Below, in pieces: positions 30,849 to 41,900 of a DNA stretch of 64,000 nucleotides; the stretch's first letter is position 1; each line of letters starts with the position of its first letter. The stretch comes from Candidatus Poribacteria bacterium (GTDB lineage Bacteria > Poribacteria > WGA-4E > JAJDTR01), in NCBI GenBank assembly GCA_965222225.1, contig CBDCTK010000002.1, positions 3,264,001-3,328,000 on the forward strand, written 5' to 3'. The notes under the pieces were generated by a model. That model saw only the letters and a program-made list of their open reading frames with translations. It was not told where the DNA came from and ran no database searches. The position numbers and the translations under genes were made by a program.

Positions 30849-31881
30849 TTATGCAAATCTTGAATGAGCTGAAAACAAATACGAATATATTCCCTTCTCG
30901 ACTTCGTCGCTACCACCCAATCCTGCCAGAGTTCGTGCAGCTGCCAAAAGTCCTCCCAACGGATTTCCAGTAGTAGAAGTCCAAGCGGCTCCTGCTAAAC
31001 CCAAGCAAAAGGATGCGGGCCTTTTCCATGTTTTGCGAGCACGTCTACGGAGATCGCTTGCTATTGAGTCCAGCTCGTCCTGCCGTGCCTCAAACGCTTG
31101 AACTTGCTCTTTAGATTCCATCTGTCCCAACTCCCGGACAAACTTACGCACACATAGACTGTAATTTCGGTGCTCCGAATAATGCTCCTTGCGAAATGCG
31201 AGAACTTCATCAATGGGAGCTGATCTTAAGTCAACTCCGACAGTGTTCATATCAAAGGCGACCACATCGTTGAGTGTCGGTGATGCTGAGATAGACACGA
31301 GTTGTCCAAGTGCTTCAACCAACTCAGGACGATCTGTCGCAGGAGATAAATCCAATCCCCGCTTTTGTCCTTGAGGTCGTAGAATATGTGCAAGCAAGAC
31401 AAGTATCAGAGATCGAACAGCCCTGTGTATTGGGATGGAGTGCCCTCCATCTTCGGTATCTTTAGCTAATCCACGATTTTTTAGCTCCTCAAAAATCATC
31501 TGTGCGAGTCCTGGATCTCCATAAAAACCTAGACGCGAACTTGAGATAGAACCAAAGGCCGTTCCGTCAATATTGAGTCTGTCAAGCGCGCCCGAGGTAA
31601 TGATTTCTGTCATTATTGTAACAAGCTCAAGCGTTGCATCTCTATCCACAGCAGTTTCAGGCTCTATAACATGGAACAATTCATGTTCCTTAAGAGCTGC
31701 GATTAAAGTATGGTCATCAAGGTTAGAATGGTCTTTCATGTAATTGGGAATAAGCATTCCAATTCCATCAAAGAAAAGAATCAAAATGTTTTGCCAATTT
31801 AGGATTACGAAAGTACTGATCTGGATAATAAAAGGCAATTTCTGGATGTGCTTGCGATTTTTCTGAAAACTGCTGTTTCAT
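30849..31881 (-). pseudogene. Hypothetical protein with a single-base frameshift near the 5' end
   Basis: AGGAG RBS and ATG 31881 give MKQQ..EIAFYYPDQY; the frame shifts near 31790 into LILFFDGIGMLIP; total 1033 nt (3n+1). Confidence 0.6.
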
Positions 31882-32004
31882 TCGAATTGTGACTCCTATT
31901 CGCGTGGTTTACGATATGGAAAAATCTGAATACAGTGGTAAATGCAAAGCTCTGCCCAATGTGCGATTAAGCGAAGTATAACGCAGAGTCGTGCTGAATA
32001 CCAT

Positions 32005-35000
32005 TTAACGGCCAGAGATTTGTACAATGGCGGCTATTCTGCTGGTCTCAGCCAGTTGTAGCTCAAACCGCGATTCAGACGGTTTTTTCGTCGCTTCCTC
32101 CACAATTGCAATCTCGTCGGAGGTGAGGCCGTACAATTCATAAATCAGTCGATCAATCTCTTGTTCGAGATTAGACGCTCCATAATCTGGATTCGATTGT
32201 TTCATAGATAAAATTCGATCGACGAGTGCTATTATCTGTTCGTGCTTAGCCTTATCATTCGGGTTATTAAAGTCTAGGTCGTAGATGGGCATTGCTTCAA
32301 TTTCTGATTTTTTGATTTTTGGAAATAAGGTTTTGAAGTCAGAATTGTTCTTAATCCAGAACCATTTCCCCAATTTACTGTTTATGATTCCAAGGATATA
32401 CTTTAGAGAATATCTATCATCCGAACCAATTAGATTATAAATCGTATTTAGCGTGTAATATTGTTCCCCATCGTACGTAGCTATCGGGCTGCTTCCTATT
32501 TGACGGATGACTATCTTGGGATTCAAGAAATATTTTTCATTTCTCTTGCGATGCAGCCAATTGCCATATTGAACATAAAGTCCGTCCCAATTTTTCTGGT
32601 AAGTATTTATGTCCTTCCCATCAAGCACCTTCTTATATGTTTCATCCATCCTGATGCTAGAGACAAAATTTTTCTTGGAATCACCACCGGAACTTCCGCC
32701 AAGTTGGATACCGATACAAATATCAGAAATCCCGCCCAGAGACACCGAAATGCTTTTGACCTTTTTTATTAACTCTGTAGCTGGCGGATCGATGTTAACG
32801 TTAAAGCGAAAATCCACATTTGCGGTGAAAAATGATTGGGGAATATGAAAACCTTCCACCCCCTTGATAAGAACTTGATTTGATTCACTACTATCAACCT
32901 TTTTGACAATAATAACAATGCTTTCAACCTGGGCAGCAAACACTTTCGAGTCAAAAGTTCTGATGACTTCAATACTTGTGTTTTCAAGAACTATTCTGCG
33001 CAGGTTCCGCGCGTTTACATTTGCCAAAAAGGTATTTGGTAGGATATACGCCAACAGACCTTCTTTCTTGAGTACGGAAATCCCTTTCTCCGTGAAGTAA
33101 ATGTATAAATCATACTTTCCTCCATAGGCATTATAGTTCTCAGAAAGATACTGCTTCACCTCATCTCCAAATGTTTCTCTTCCCAACACATAGGGAGGAT
33201 TCGCTACGACTATATCAAACCCATCCGCGATCCCGAACATCCATTCCGTGTCAAAGAAATCGGTAGAGGCGTTCTGGTCATAGGGATCCCAATAGGCGAT
33301 TTTTTCGGCTTCATCGGCGGGCATTCCGACACCCGTTAACTCCGCCGCCAATTTTCCGCGCAGTATCTTATCTCTACGTTTACAATTAAGTTTCTGTCGA
33401 CGTGTCGTGGCATGAAAATAGCGTTCCCGGTTGTCGCGCAGTTGGCGCTCAATGTCCTGTGCTTTTACGCTCGTCAGATCTCGCACGCGGGTGAGGCCGA
33501 TGAGGGTGTTCGCCGCGATAAAGCGCGTCTCCAGATTCGGCAACGGCTTGATACCGAAGTTCTCCGCGCCTTTATCCGGCAGCTGCTCAATGGCAAGGGA
33601 GATGAAGAAACGGAGTTTGGCGATTTGGCAAGCAATAGACTGAATATCCACGCCGAAGATGCTGTTCTGAATCAGGTACAACTTTCGGCCGAAATCGGAA
33701 TCCCGATACCGCTTGAAAGTTTCGTCGATTTCGACGAGCTCCTCGCGCCGTGTCTTGTCATCTTTCGTGTCAAACGCAACCTCTGCCCGCTTTGCCGCCC
33801 GTTCCTTCTGTAACCGTTCCCATCGGCTGTTATCCGGGTCGAGCCGCCGCAGTGCGAGAGTCAGCTTGTGGAGCACCCCCATCGGAAACGCGCCGGAACC
33901 CACGGCGGGGTCGAGTATCTTGAGTTCCGAGATTGCTCGCACGATTCTATCAGCTTCGCCGCTATCGAACCACTGGTCGGCATCGTCGGACGCCCTCGCA
34001 TAATCCAGCAGATAGTGCAACCGCTCCTCCCAGAATTTGGCATCCCCATTTGTTGGGCGCACCTGTCCTGCCAGTGTCGCTACCAATGCCTCCTCTACCA
34101 TATAATCGACGATGGGGCGCGGGGTGTAGTAGGAGCCGGTCTGTTTGCGGGCGGACTCGCCGGTTTCCGGGTTGTATGCCGCCAGCAAGTTCTCAAACAC
34201 CTTGCCCAGCAGTTCGGGGTCCAGCGCGACCTCCTGCTCCATCGGTGTGTTTTCCTCAACCGTGAACTTGTAGTGTTTCAACAAGGGAAACAGACCGTCG
34301 TCTTTATCAAAAAAGAGACGGTTGGGAAGACTCAGTTTTTTGTAATGTTTATCCGAAAAACAGTCGATGCGGAAGCCGCCGTCGTCTGTTGCCTCCTCGC
34401 TGTCCAAACAATCGAACAACCCGCCGTTAATGAAGGGTGTTTGGGCGAACAGCTCCAGCAGTTTATCAGGATCGTTTATCTGCTTCTTGAAACGATACCG
34501 CGAAAAGTCCCGATGCGTGGCGTTTTTCTCTGTGCTAAACTCGCGCTTTTCTATCTCTGTGTTGAGCGTGGCGAAGAACAAGTTTTGCAACACGGCGCGA
34601 TAGTAGGAATCGCCGTCCTCACGGTCATAGTTCTTCAACAGGTCTCGTACATCATCCTCCTCGAACAATCCCTCTGCGACCAATCCCTTCTCCTTAAGAA
34701 ACCAGACGAACAATAGGCGGGTGATTAGCCGGATAACGTGTTCCTGCGGGCTTAACGTTTTCATCTCCTCTGCCGGAAACTTCGCTTGAGACACCGCCCA
34801 TTCAAACCACTTGAACAACTCCTTATAAAAATCCCTGTTGAGCGCTTCTGTGTCCAGCGCTTCCTTCCACGCTTCATGGAGCGAATTGAGATCCGAGAAT
34901 TGACGCTGCCGATGCGAGAGGTCGAATAGAATGTCGATGTGCGCGCGGTGGGGGTCCCCAAGATTGATGTCCTTAATCAGCGTCACTTTTTCGAGCACAT

Positions 35001-35493
35001 CCCTTGATTCGTCGCGCTTGTGCAAACGCCGATCGATAACCGCAAAGGTCAGCGATCGGCCATGCTGGAAGACCATCATCGCCGGCATCGGGGTAAGTTT
35101 GTTGATTTCGCGTGTTATCTGCGAGAGCTGGGTGCGGGAGTAACTGCTTCCGCGCAACTTGAGAGCAAAAAAGAGGTAGGATTGATAAATGCTATTGTCT
35201 ATCCCGCTGCCCTCAAAGCCAAGTGTGGGCTGGTCGCTTAGGGTGATTTCGTCTCCTGTCAGCTGAAACAGGAGGTCGATAGACTCCCATTCATCTAGCA
35301 GCGCCCGTTCTGCATTCATCGTATTCGACGGATCAAAATAATCAATAAACTCGTCGGCTGTATTGGGCTCAAGGGACATCGTCCGTCCGCTCCGGTAGCC
35401 GAGCGTGTCTAAGAGGTGCCGCGCGTTTTCGGCGAGGTTGCCGCCGGTAAAGTGTTTAAGGGCGTCTTTTATGTCGTTTTTGTGTTGTTCCAT
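32005..35493 (-). CDS. Type IIG (Eco57I-like) restriction-modification protein: N6-adenine methyltransferase with TaqI-C-like specificity domain
   Basis: FINGGLF, LLGKVFENLL, TGSYYTP, ILDPAVGSGAF (motif I), ANPPY (motif IV), PKIVIRQI, IDRLIYELYGLT. Confidence 0.9.
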   Translation of the reverse strand: MEQHKNDIKDALKHFTGGNLAENARHLLDTLGYRSGRTMSLEPNTADEFIDYFDPSNTMNAERALLDEWESIDLLFQLTGDEITLSDQPTLGFEGSGIDNSIYQSYLFFALKLRGSSYSRTQLSQITREINKLTPMPAMMVFQHGRSLTFAVIDRRLHKRDESRDVLEKVTLIKDINLGDPHRAHIDILFDLSHRQRQFSDLNSLHEAWKEALDTEALNRDFYKELFKWFEWAVSQAKFPAEEMKTLSPQEHVIRLITRLLFVWFLKEKGLVAEGLFEEDDVRDLLKNYDREDGDSYYRAVLQNLFFATLNTEIEKREFSTEKNATHRDFSRYRFKKQINDPDKLLELFAQTPFINGGLFDCLDSEEATDDGGFRIDCFSDKHYKKLSLPNRLFFDKDDGLFPLLKHYKFTVEENTPMEQEVALDPELLGKVFENLLAAYNPETGESARKQTGSYYTPRPIVDYMVEEALVATLAGQVRPTNGDAKFWEERLHYLLDYARASDDADQWFDSGEADRIVRAISELKILDPAVGSGAFPMGVLHKLTLALRRLDPDNSRWERLQKERAAKRAEVAFDTKDDKTRREELVEIDETFKRYRDSDFGRKLYLIQNSIFGVDIQSIACQIAKLRFFISLAIEQLPDKGAENFGIKPLPNLETRFIAANTLIGLTRVRDLTSVKAQDIERQLRDNRERYFHATTRRQKLNCKRRDKILRGKLAAELTGVGMPADEAEKIAYWDPYDQNASTDFFDTEWMFGIADGFDIVVANPPYVLGRETFGDEVKQYLSENYNAYGGKYDLYIYFTEKGISVLKKEGLLAYILPNTFLANVNARNLRRIVLENTSIEVIRTFDSKVFAAQVESIVIIVKKVDSSESNQVLIKGVEGFHIPQSFFTANVDFRFNVNIDPPATELIKKVKSISVSLGGISDICIGIQLGGSSGGDSKKNFVSSIRMDETYKKVLDGKDINTYQKNWDGLYVQYGNWLHRKRNEKYFLNPKIVIRQIGSSPIATYDGEQYYTLNTIYNLIGSDDRYSLKYILGIINSKLGKWFWIKNNSDFKTLFPKIKKSEIEAMPIYDLDFNNPNDKAKHEQIIALVDRILSMKQSNPDYGASNLEQEIDRLIYELYGLTSDEIAIVEEATKKPSESRFELQLAETSRIAAIVQISGR

Positions 35494-35515
35494 GATTGAT
35501 TTTCGCAATGGCAAA

Positions 35516-35568
35516 GGCTGGTAGGAACTCTATCGCCCTTCTTAATCAGTCGGTTGATCGCACCCTAC
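35516..35568 (-). repeat. GTAGGGTGC REP with its centre replaced by the 37-nt element
   Basis: GGCTGGT-[AGGAACTCTATCGCCCTTCTTAATCAGTCGGTTGATC]-GCACCCTAC versus intact GGCTGGTGCGCAGTGCGCACCCTAC at 37038. Confidence 0.8.
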
Positions 35569-36947
35569 AAAGACCGCAAGGGTTCATGGCGAGATGCGGA
35601 CTCTAAGTTTTGGTTTACCTCAGTCCACCATTCTGGATACTCAAGCGGTTCGGCATAATGGAGGTTATCAGAAGATTTTCTAAGAAATTCATCTTCAATT
35701 TCTATTTGTCGATTGATCGCCTTCTGATATGCTTCAACAGCGTCTTGGTAGTGACCGCACCTGTGACATGTTGTTCCAAGACGGCAAAGCAACTCGGGAT
35801 AGAGTCGAGACATATCTGAAGGGAAGTCATAGGCGCTCCTTACACGCCTATAACACCAGATTGCCAACTCATAATGTCCAGCTTCATCATTGGCAACAGC
35901 GAGATCGTAATACACCTCATTACGATCGTCTCTGAAGGCGGTCACTATGGCGTTATTATAGCATTCAATTGCTTGCATGTAGTTTCCACCAGCGAAGTAT
36001 TGTTTTCCCAACTCATGGTATGCCCCAGCAAGATTATTACGGCCCTTATTGTCAAGAACAATGGCTTGTTTGAATGCTTGAATCACATCGTCAAATTGAC
36101 CGATCCATTGGTACGCCTCTCCTAGTGCGCTATAGGCATCCGCATAATGGGGTTTGATTTCGATGGCTGTGCGATATGCTTCTATTGCCTTTTCGAGAAC
36201 AGCTCGAACTTCGGGGTGTTTGCCTTGCTTCATTGCCTCAATTTCGTCCTGGGTTTCATTACCATAATCTTCAGACAGTGTTATGTAGGAATCAATCGAA
36301 CCACTGTACGCTTCTCCCAATTCGTAATATGCCTTGGCGTCGTCGGGTTGAATTTCCGTGAGTTTTTGATAGATTTCTATGCGTGCCTCCACGATGTCAA
36401 CTGTTATGATGCCTGTTTGATCGTATAGAAAGGAATCGTCCCAATCGTTAATCTCCTTGTCTTCCATCAATAACGTGTATGTCCATGCCAATTTGTAGTA
36501 GGAATCAGTGAGATCGGGGCAAACTTCAATGGCCTGTTTATACCATTCAATAGCCCGCATGCTGTCAGATGGATACTCTATATCCTCGGATTGCTTCCCA
36601 CCAAAATCGTGGAACAGTCCGGCTAAAGACTTGCGAGCGTCCGCGTGATCCGGTTGGAGTTCGATCGCTTTCTGGTAAGCCCCTATTGCCCCTTTATAAA
36701 GTTCATACTCCTCATCAGCGTAAAGCGATTCTTCAGTGTTCTCGATTTGTATCCTAGTTAATCCTGAGCGACAACACCCTATCCGAAACCACGCTTCGGC
36801 ATGAACAGCGTCAAGCTCAACAGCCTGTTCAAAGCAGGATAGGGCATCGGCATAGTGTTCGTGCTTTATCAAGACTAGCCCTTCCTCACAAAGTTGCTGA
36901 GCAGTTTCAGGGGTGTCGGCGGTTTTCTGCAACGGCTGTTGGTTCAT
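35565..36947 (-). CDS. TPR-repeat protein
   Basis: Repeats such as AYQKAIELQPDHADA and AIEIKPHYADAYSALG. Confidence 0.85.
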   Translation of the reverse strand: MNQQPLQKTADTPETAQQLCEEGLVLIKHEHYADALSCFEQAVELDAVHAEAWFRIGCCRSGLTRIQIENTEESLYADEEYELYKGAIGAYQKAIELQPDHADARKSLAGLFHDFGGKQSEDIEYPSDSMRAIEWYKQAIEVCPDLTDSYYKLAWTYTLLMEDKEINDWDDSFLYDQTGIITVDIVEARIEIYQKLTEIQPDDAKAYYELGEAYSGSIDSYITLSEDYGNETQDEIEAMKQGKHPEVRAVLEKAIEAYRTAIEIKPHYADAYSALGEAYQWIGQFDDVIQAFKQAIVLDNKGRNNLAGAYHELGKQYFAGGNYMQAIECYNNAIVTAFRDDRNEVYYDLAVANDEAGHYELAIWCYRRVRSAYDFPSDMSRLYPELLCRLGTTCHRCGHYQDAVEAYQKAINRQIEIEDEFLRKSSDNLHYAEPLEYPEWWTEVNQNLESASRHEPLRSL

Positions 36948-37037
36948 GGTTAATTTTCCGAAATGTGGAGTGTGCGAACCTACCTATTAAAGAGTAAGTG
37001 GTCAATTTTTTGGATTCAATTACGTCAATTCAGTAAA

Positions 37038-37062
37038 GGCTGGTGCGCAGTGCGCACCCTAC
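37038..37062 (-). repeat. GTAG-family REP GTAGGGTG(C/G)GCA..GC(G/C)CACCAGCC
   Basis: Other copies at 30760-30784, 38902-38926, 54865-54889 and 60401-60425. Confidence 0.85.
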
Positions 37063-37071
37063 AAGACGAGG

Positions 37072-37479
37072 TCAACAATCGTTGCCCTCGGCAGAATAAC
37101 TCGCACGAACCACCGTTTTAAGCCCACCCCGAAGATTGAACTCCCCAACCACCTCGACGCTGCGCGGACGACAAGCCGCAACAAAATCGTCCAATACCTT
37201 GTTGACGACGTGTTCATGGAAGATTCCAACGTCGCGGAAAGAGAGGAAATACGATTTCAACGACTTGAGTTCAACGCATCGCTCGTCGGGCACATACGTC
37301 ACCCGAATCGTGGCAAAGTCGGGTAATCCGGTTTTGGGGCATACGGCGGTAAATTCGAGATTCGTGATTTCGATGGTGTAGTCTCGATCGCTGTACTCGT
37401 TCCTCCACGTTTCGATTTCCGGTGTGTCGAGTTGGCGGATGCGGTTTTGTAAGCCATCGTAGGAGCGGGGAGTGCTCAT
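37072..37479 (-). CDS. queF: NADPH-dependent preQ0 reductase QueF (type I)
   Basis: EFTAVCPKTGLPDFA, VELKSLK, FHE, FNLRGG motifs. Confidence 0.95.
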   Translation of the reverse strand: MSTPRSYDGLQNRIRQLDTPEIETWRNEYSDRDYTIEITNLEFTAVCPKTGLPDFATIRVTYVPDERCVELKSLKSYFLSFRDVGIFHEHVVNKVLDDFVAACRPRSVEVVGEFNLRGGLKTVVRASYSAEGNDC

Positions 37480-37514
37480 GAAGGTTTCCTTTCTAGTGCT
37501 GCGTTTTGATTAGA

Positions 37515-37544
37515 ATGATAACACCGCTTCATGAATATCGTCAA
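37515..37544 (-). promoter_or_regulatory. sigma70 promoter of queF
   Basis: TTGACG-18-TATCAT with TG extension. Confidence 0.55.
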
Positions 37545-37641
37545 GTTGTAGACAGAGTTGCATGCTGCGCAGACTCGTAGAGAATAAAGATTTTCAATCG
37601 TCAAATCGTCGATTGCGCCGTACAACGCCGAGAGGTTTGCC

Positions 37642-37671
37642 TTGACACGTCTAACGTTCGGCATCTATAAT
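37642..37671 (+). promoter_or_regulatory. sigma70 promoter of the MFS gene
   Basis: TTGACA-18-TATAAT. Confidence 0.7.
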
Positions 37672-37711
37672 CATCGCATTGCCACCACATCGCGGCAGCG
37701 GGCCCCCACGG

Positions 37712-38875
37712 ATGACGAAAAGCGCATTAACGATTTTGTTTCTGACGATGTTTTTTATTATGCTTGGTTTCGGGATTATCATCCCACACCTCGCATACTA
37801 TGCTGACAATTTAGGCGCTAGTCCGCTGCAAATTGGTGGTTTGTTGGCAGTCTACTCGGCAGCACAGCTTGTCTTTGCGCCGATGTGGGGGCGCCTCTCC
37901 GACCGCAAGGGCCGCAAGCCGTTGATTCTGATCGGACTCATCGGAAATGCGGCTGCACTAATCCTGTTCGGTTTTTCGAAAACGTTGATCTGGGCATTCA
38001 CTGCCCGCGCCCTATCCGGGGCATGGTCGGCAGCGGTCCTGCCCACGGTCATGGCTTATGTCGCAGATGTGACGACAGAGAAAGAACGCGGCAAGGGCAT
38101 GGCTTTGATGGGAGCGGCAATGGGACTCGGGTTCATCTTGGGCCCTGCCATCGGCGCCGTACTGCATCAGCACCATACCCCGTTCTTCCTTGCCGGCGTG
38201 CTCTCGCTTGCGACTTTCGTTTTCGCCTTAATCCTGTTGCCGGAGTCACTCAAAGCCGCAAATCGTAAAGATGGCGGCGAGGGTTGGGTTTTCCCGTGGG
38301 AGATATTCAGTCCGCGGACGTTGCGTAACCCGTTAATGCCGCTGTTCCTTGTGGCATTTTTCTCGACCTTCGTTTTCTCGGGCTTGGAGGCGACCTTCCC
38401 GCTCTTCATCGCGGACCGATGGGATTACGGGGCAAGAGAGATAGGGCAGATGTTCGTCATTATGGGTTCCATCGTCGCCCTGCTGCAAGCAAGTGTTCTG
38501 GGTAGGCTGATAAACAGGTGTGGAGAATTCAGACTGATTGTCCTCGGCTTGATGATTAACGCCGTTGGTATGGCGTTGCTGCCGTGGTCAATGGGGTTTG
38601 TGACCGTCACGGCTTATCTCACAATCACCGGAATCGGAAACCAGATTGTCCGCCCGACAACGTCGTCGTGGATCTCGAAAGAGACAACAATCGGTCAAGG
38701 TACAGCCATCGGAATGATGGATGCCTACCTAAGCCTTGGCCGCGTGTTAGGTCCCCCTTTTGCCGGGAGGTTATACACAGCCGAAACCTTCCGAATCCCC
38801 TACTGGATTTCTGCGGGGATATTGATACTTGCGTTGATTTGCCTGTTCTTCCCCTTGAGGCGGATTGGACGGTAG
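37712..38875 (+). CDS. MFS transporter, DHA1/TetA-like
   Basis: Motif A GRLSDRKGRK; motif C GLGFILGPAIG; LPES; about 12 TM segments. Confidence 0.9.
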   Translation: MTKSALTILFLTMFFIMLGFGIIIPHLAYYADNLGASPLQIGGLLAVYSAAQLVFAPMWGRLSDRKGRKPLILIGLIGNAAALILFGFSKTLIWAFTARALSGAWSAAVLPTVMAYVADVTTEKERGKGMALMGAAMGLGFILGPAIGAVLHQHHTPFFLAGVLSLATFVFALILLPESLKAANRKDGGEGWVFPWEIFSPRTLRNPLMPLFLVAFFSTFVFSGLEATFPLFIADRWDYGAREIGQMFVIMGSIVALLQASVLGRLINRCGEFRLIVLGLMINAVGMALLPWSMGFVTVTAYLTITGIGNQIVRPTTSSWISKETTIGQGTAIGMMDAYLSLGRVLGPPFAGRLYTAETFRIPYWISAGILILALICLFFPLRRIGR

Positions 38876-38948
38876 AAAAGAGGGGGCAAATTCAGTCCAC
38901 AGGCTGGTGGGCGGTGCCCACCCTACAAGGAAAGGACGAACGACCGGT

Positions 38949-41900
38949 TCACTCTAGGGCTGGCAAGTCGTGACTAATTCGCCGCGTGTTGTATTCCAAT
39001 TGATGCCGCAAATGCTCGGCGTCGCTCGGATAGCTCTCGCCGTCGGGATACGGATAGGCGGACATCCCGTGGAAAGGCAGCGGCTCGACCGTTTGAGAGT
39101 GGAGCGTGTTGATATCCCCGTCCTTGTCCCAACCGTCGCTGTAGAGGATAAAACCCCTTACCCATCCATCCTGTAATGGCGGTAATTTATCGGCATCAAA
39201 CTCGACCGTCATCTCGTCTCCCGCGTTCATGATAACATACATATCGTCAACCGATTGCATCAGCGGTGTGACATCCCCGAATCGGGTATAATGCCCGCGC
39301 AAATCTCGCCATTGCCCCGTCGTTGTGACCTCATCATAATCGAACAAGTGCGGGGCATGCGGCGTGGGACGGTACATCTTTGAGAACCCGCGATAGTGCA
39401 GATCCGCACGCTCTGGCGACAATTCCGTCACCCGAATTGGCACATCGTTGTCGTCGCCGACGCTGAAGAACGCCGCATCCCAGTAAATCTGCATATCCGT
39501 TGCAATCTTCACCCGACGGTCGTCGGAAAGAAACTTTCCCGTTAGGTCGATTGCGATGGTCTTGTTCTTTCCGGCGGGCAACCCGATGATATCAACCACC
39601 GTTTTCCAATTTCCCTCCGCATCCCGCACCTGCAGATAAGGGAAAACCGGACTGATTTGCGGATTCTGGAAGAGTGACACGTTGATGCTTGTATCGGTAG
39701 GAAAGATCCAACCGGTCAGGAAAAGCGTCACCGTTTCGCCATCTGGCACATCACCGAGATTGAGGACGATGGCGTGTGGCGAGACGACGCCCTGATATTC
39801 CCCCGGCTCGTGCTCTATCGCGTATTCATAATCGAATTCCCTAAGCGCATCGGAGACATCGTTTCCGAGGTGGTCAAAAGCGCTTTGCGGCTGACGCCTC
39901 TCCTTGACGGTATAAATCTTGAACGGAGAATAGGGTGGCAGCGTATATCTTTCATCAACAAAAACCTCTGTCCCGGCGGGTCGATCGACAGCCATTAGTT
40001 TCACCATATCAAAGTACGCTGTTTCCCATAACTCCTCCGTAATTTGCAGCGAATAAACTCCGTCTTTCGGAGCCACGAAGTCGGGGATCTTCACATAATC
40101 TGCGGTCTGATCCGGCGCGACGGAGCCGATAGACGTAATCATGCCGAGAGGGCTGCGCCACAGAAGGTCCGTTACGAACCGGTATCGCTCGCCATCATAG
40201 ACATAAAGGAATGGGCAAGACCCCTTCAAGACCTGCTTCTCGACGATTCGCTGATTCGCTTCCGGTTTAATCACATTTTGCGGCACGCCATTCGTCCATA
40301 CCACACGCAACACATCTGCCCGCTCAGCCGATCCCAAGCCGAAATGCGAAACCGGCTCAGTCGTGTACTTCATTTGATAGAGGTCGTCAATCTTGACCTC
40401 GACTTTGGAGCCGATGCCGTCAATGTTGACCTTGTTGTTGCCCGTGGTCACGGCTTCAAGACGCACCTGCAGCCAACTGTTCCGGTTCCCGCCATCATTG
40501 CGCAGCGCAACAACCTGACCATTGCCGTCAACCAGAAAGAGATCAAGATCGCCGTCATTGTCATAATCGCCGACTGCGCCATGGACACCGCTGGAAAGGG
40601 AGCTTGGCAGGATGTCCGAGACATCGGTAAACCGCCCTGTCCCGTCATTTCGAAATAGGAGAACGGGCCGATTGTGGCCATGTGCCGATCCACCCCATCG
40701 TTCTCCGAGAATCCATAAATCGAGAAATCCGTCGTTGTCGAAATCGACGAAGTGGCAATCCCTACTGTGTAGGGCCAATGTTGTCTGTATATCGGCATCA
40801 AAGTGTTTATCGCGGGTGAACGTGCCATCGCCGCGATTGCGATAAAGTTGGTGGGGTGCTTCTATCGGTGTAGCAAGAAAAAGGTCAAGCGCGCCGTCAT
40901 TGTCATAATCGGCGGCCGCAACTGAAGTAAACTGTTGGTCTTGCGGGATGCCGGTTTCGTCCGTCACTGCTTTCATCCGTCCCTGACGCTGGTTATCGTA
41001 GAGCGTGCAACCCCCATTCCCGTTAACAACAAACAGATCTGTGTCGCCGTCATCATCGAAATCCCCGAAAGCGGCATCAATGCCAGGAGAAGGCGCGGTA
41101 GGGAGAAAGGTTTGGTGTGTAACATCGGTGAAAGTGTTGTCGGCGTTGTTGCGATGGACTTCGATTTCACTATCGGTAACGTAAATTTTGTCCAAGTCTC
41201 CGTCATGATCATAATCAACAAATAGTAGCTCCGCACCGACTCCGTATTCTATCAGATAACTATAACCATCGTCACCTCTTTGGACAACCGTCTCTTGTTG
41301 TTTGTCCAGAATAAACCACTCTTGGTCGCCATTTTTATCAATGTCGGCAAAAGCTGAAGCATCTCCGTGTTCTGCCATAGCGAACAGGCCCGATACAAAT
41401 ACGACGGGCCCGTTTTCATTCAGTGGGAGCGATGTGTAAGACTGGCTATCTGGCGCTAACAGCACAAACAATTCTAAGCCACCGTCGCGGTCAGTATCTA
41501 TCACAAATACCTTCATCGGCTTTCTCCGTCTAAGAAAAGTACCAAGAATCTCTTCACTCACATCAACGAATTGCACGTCAATCGGTGGGCTCAGTTTCGC
41601 CTTCACGCGGGATTTGAAACCTTGATCGAACGCTTCAATCGGGTGACCCAAGATGTCCGTCACCAACTCGCCAATCCCCTGCTGGTAACGAGGCGTGGCT
41701 TTCTGAATATTTTCAAAGATTCGAATGAACTTCTTCGCGCCCTTTGAATCGTCCTGCTCAAGCAGGTGCAACCCCTGTTTGAGATACTTCAGCGCATCCT
41801 CTTTGACATCCCAGAACAGGGCAGCCAATTCCGCGCCAATCTGTTTCGCTTCTTCAATCCGCTCAACCTGCAAAAGCGCTTGCGCCAATTTGAGCCGAAC

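Noticed and set aside
37480-37560. preQ1 riboswitch upstream of queF
   Set aside because: The predicted promoter leaves only about 30 nt of leader, with no preQ1 stem or A-rich tail.
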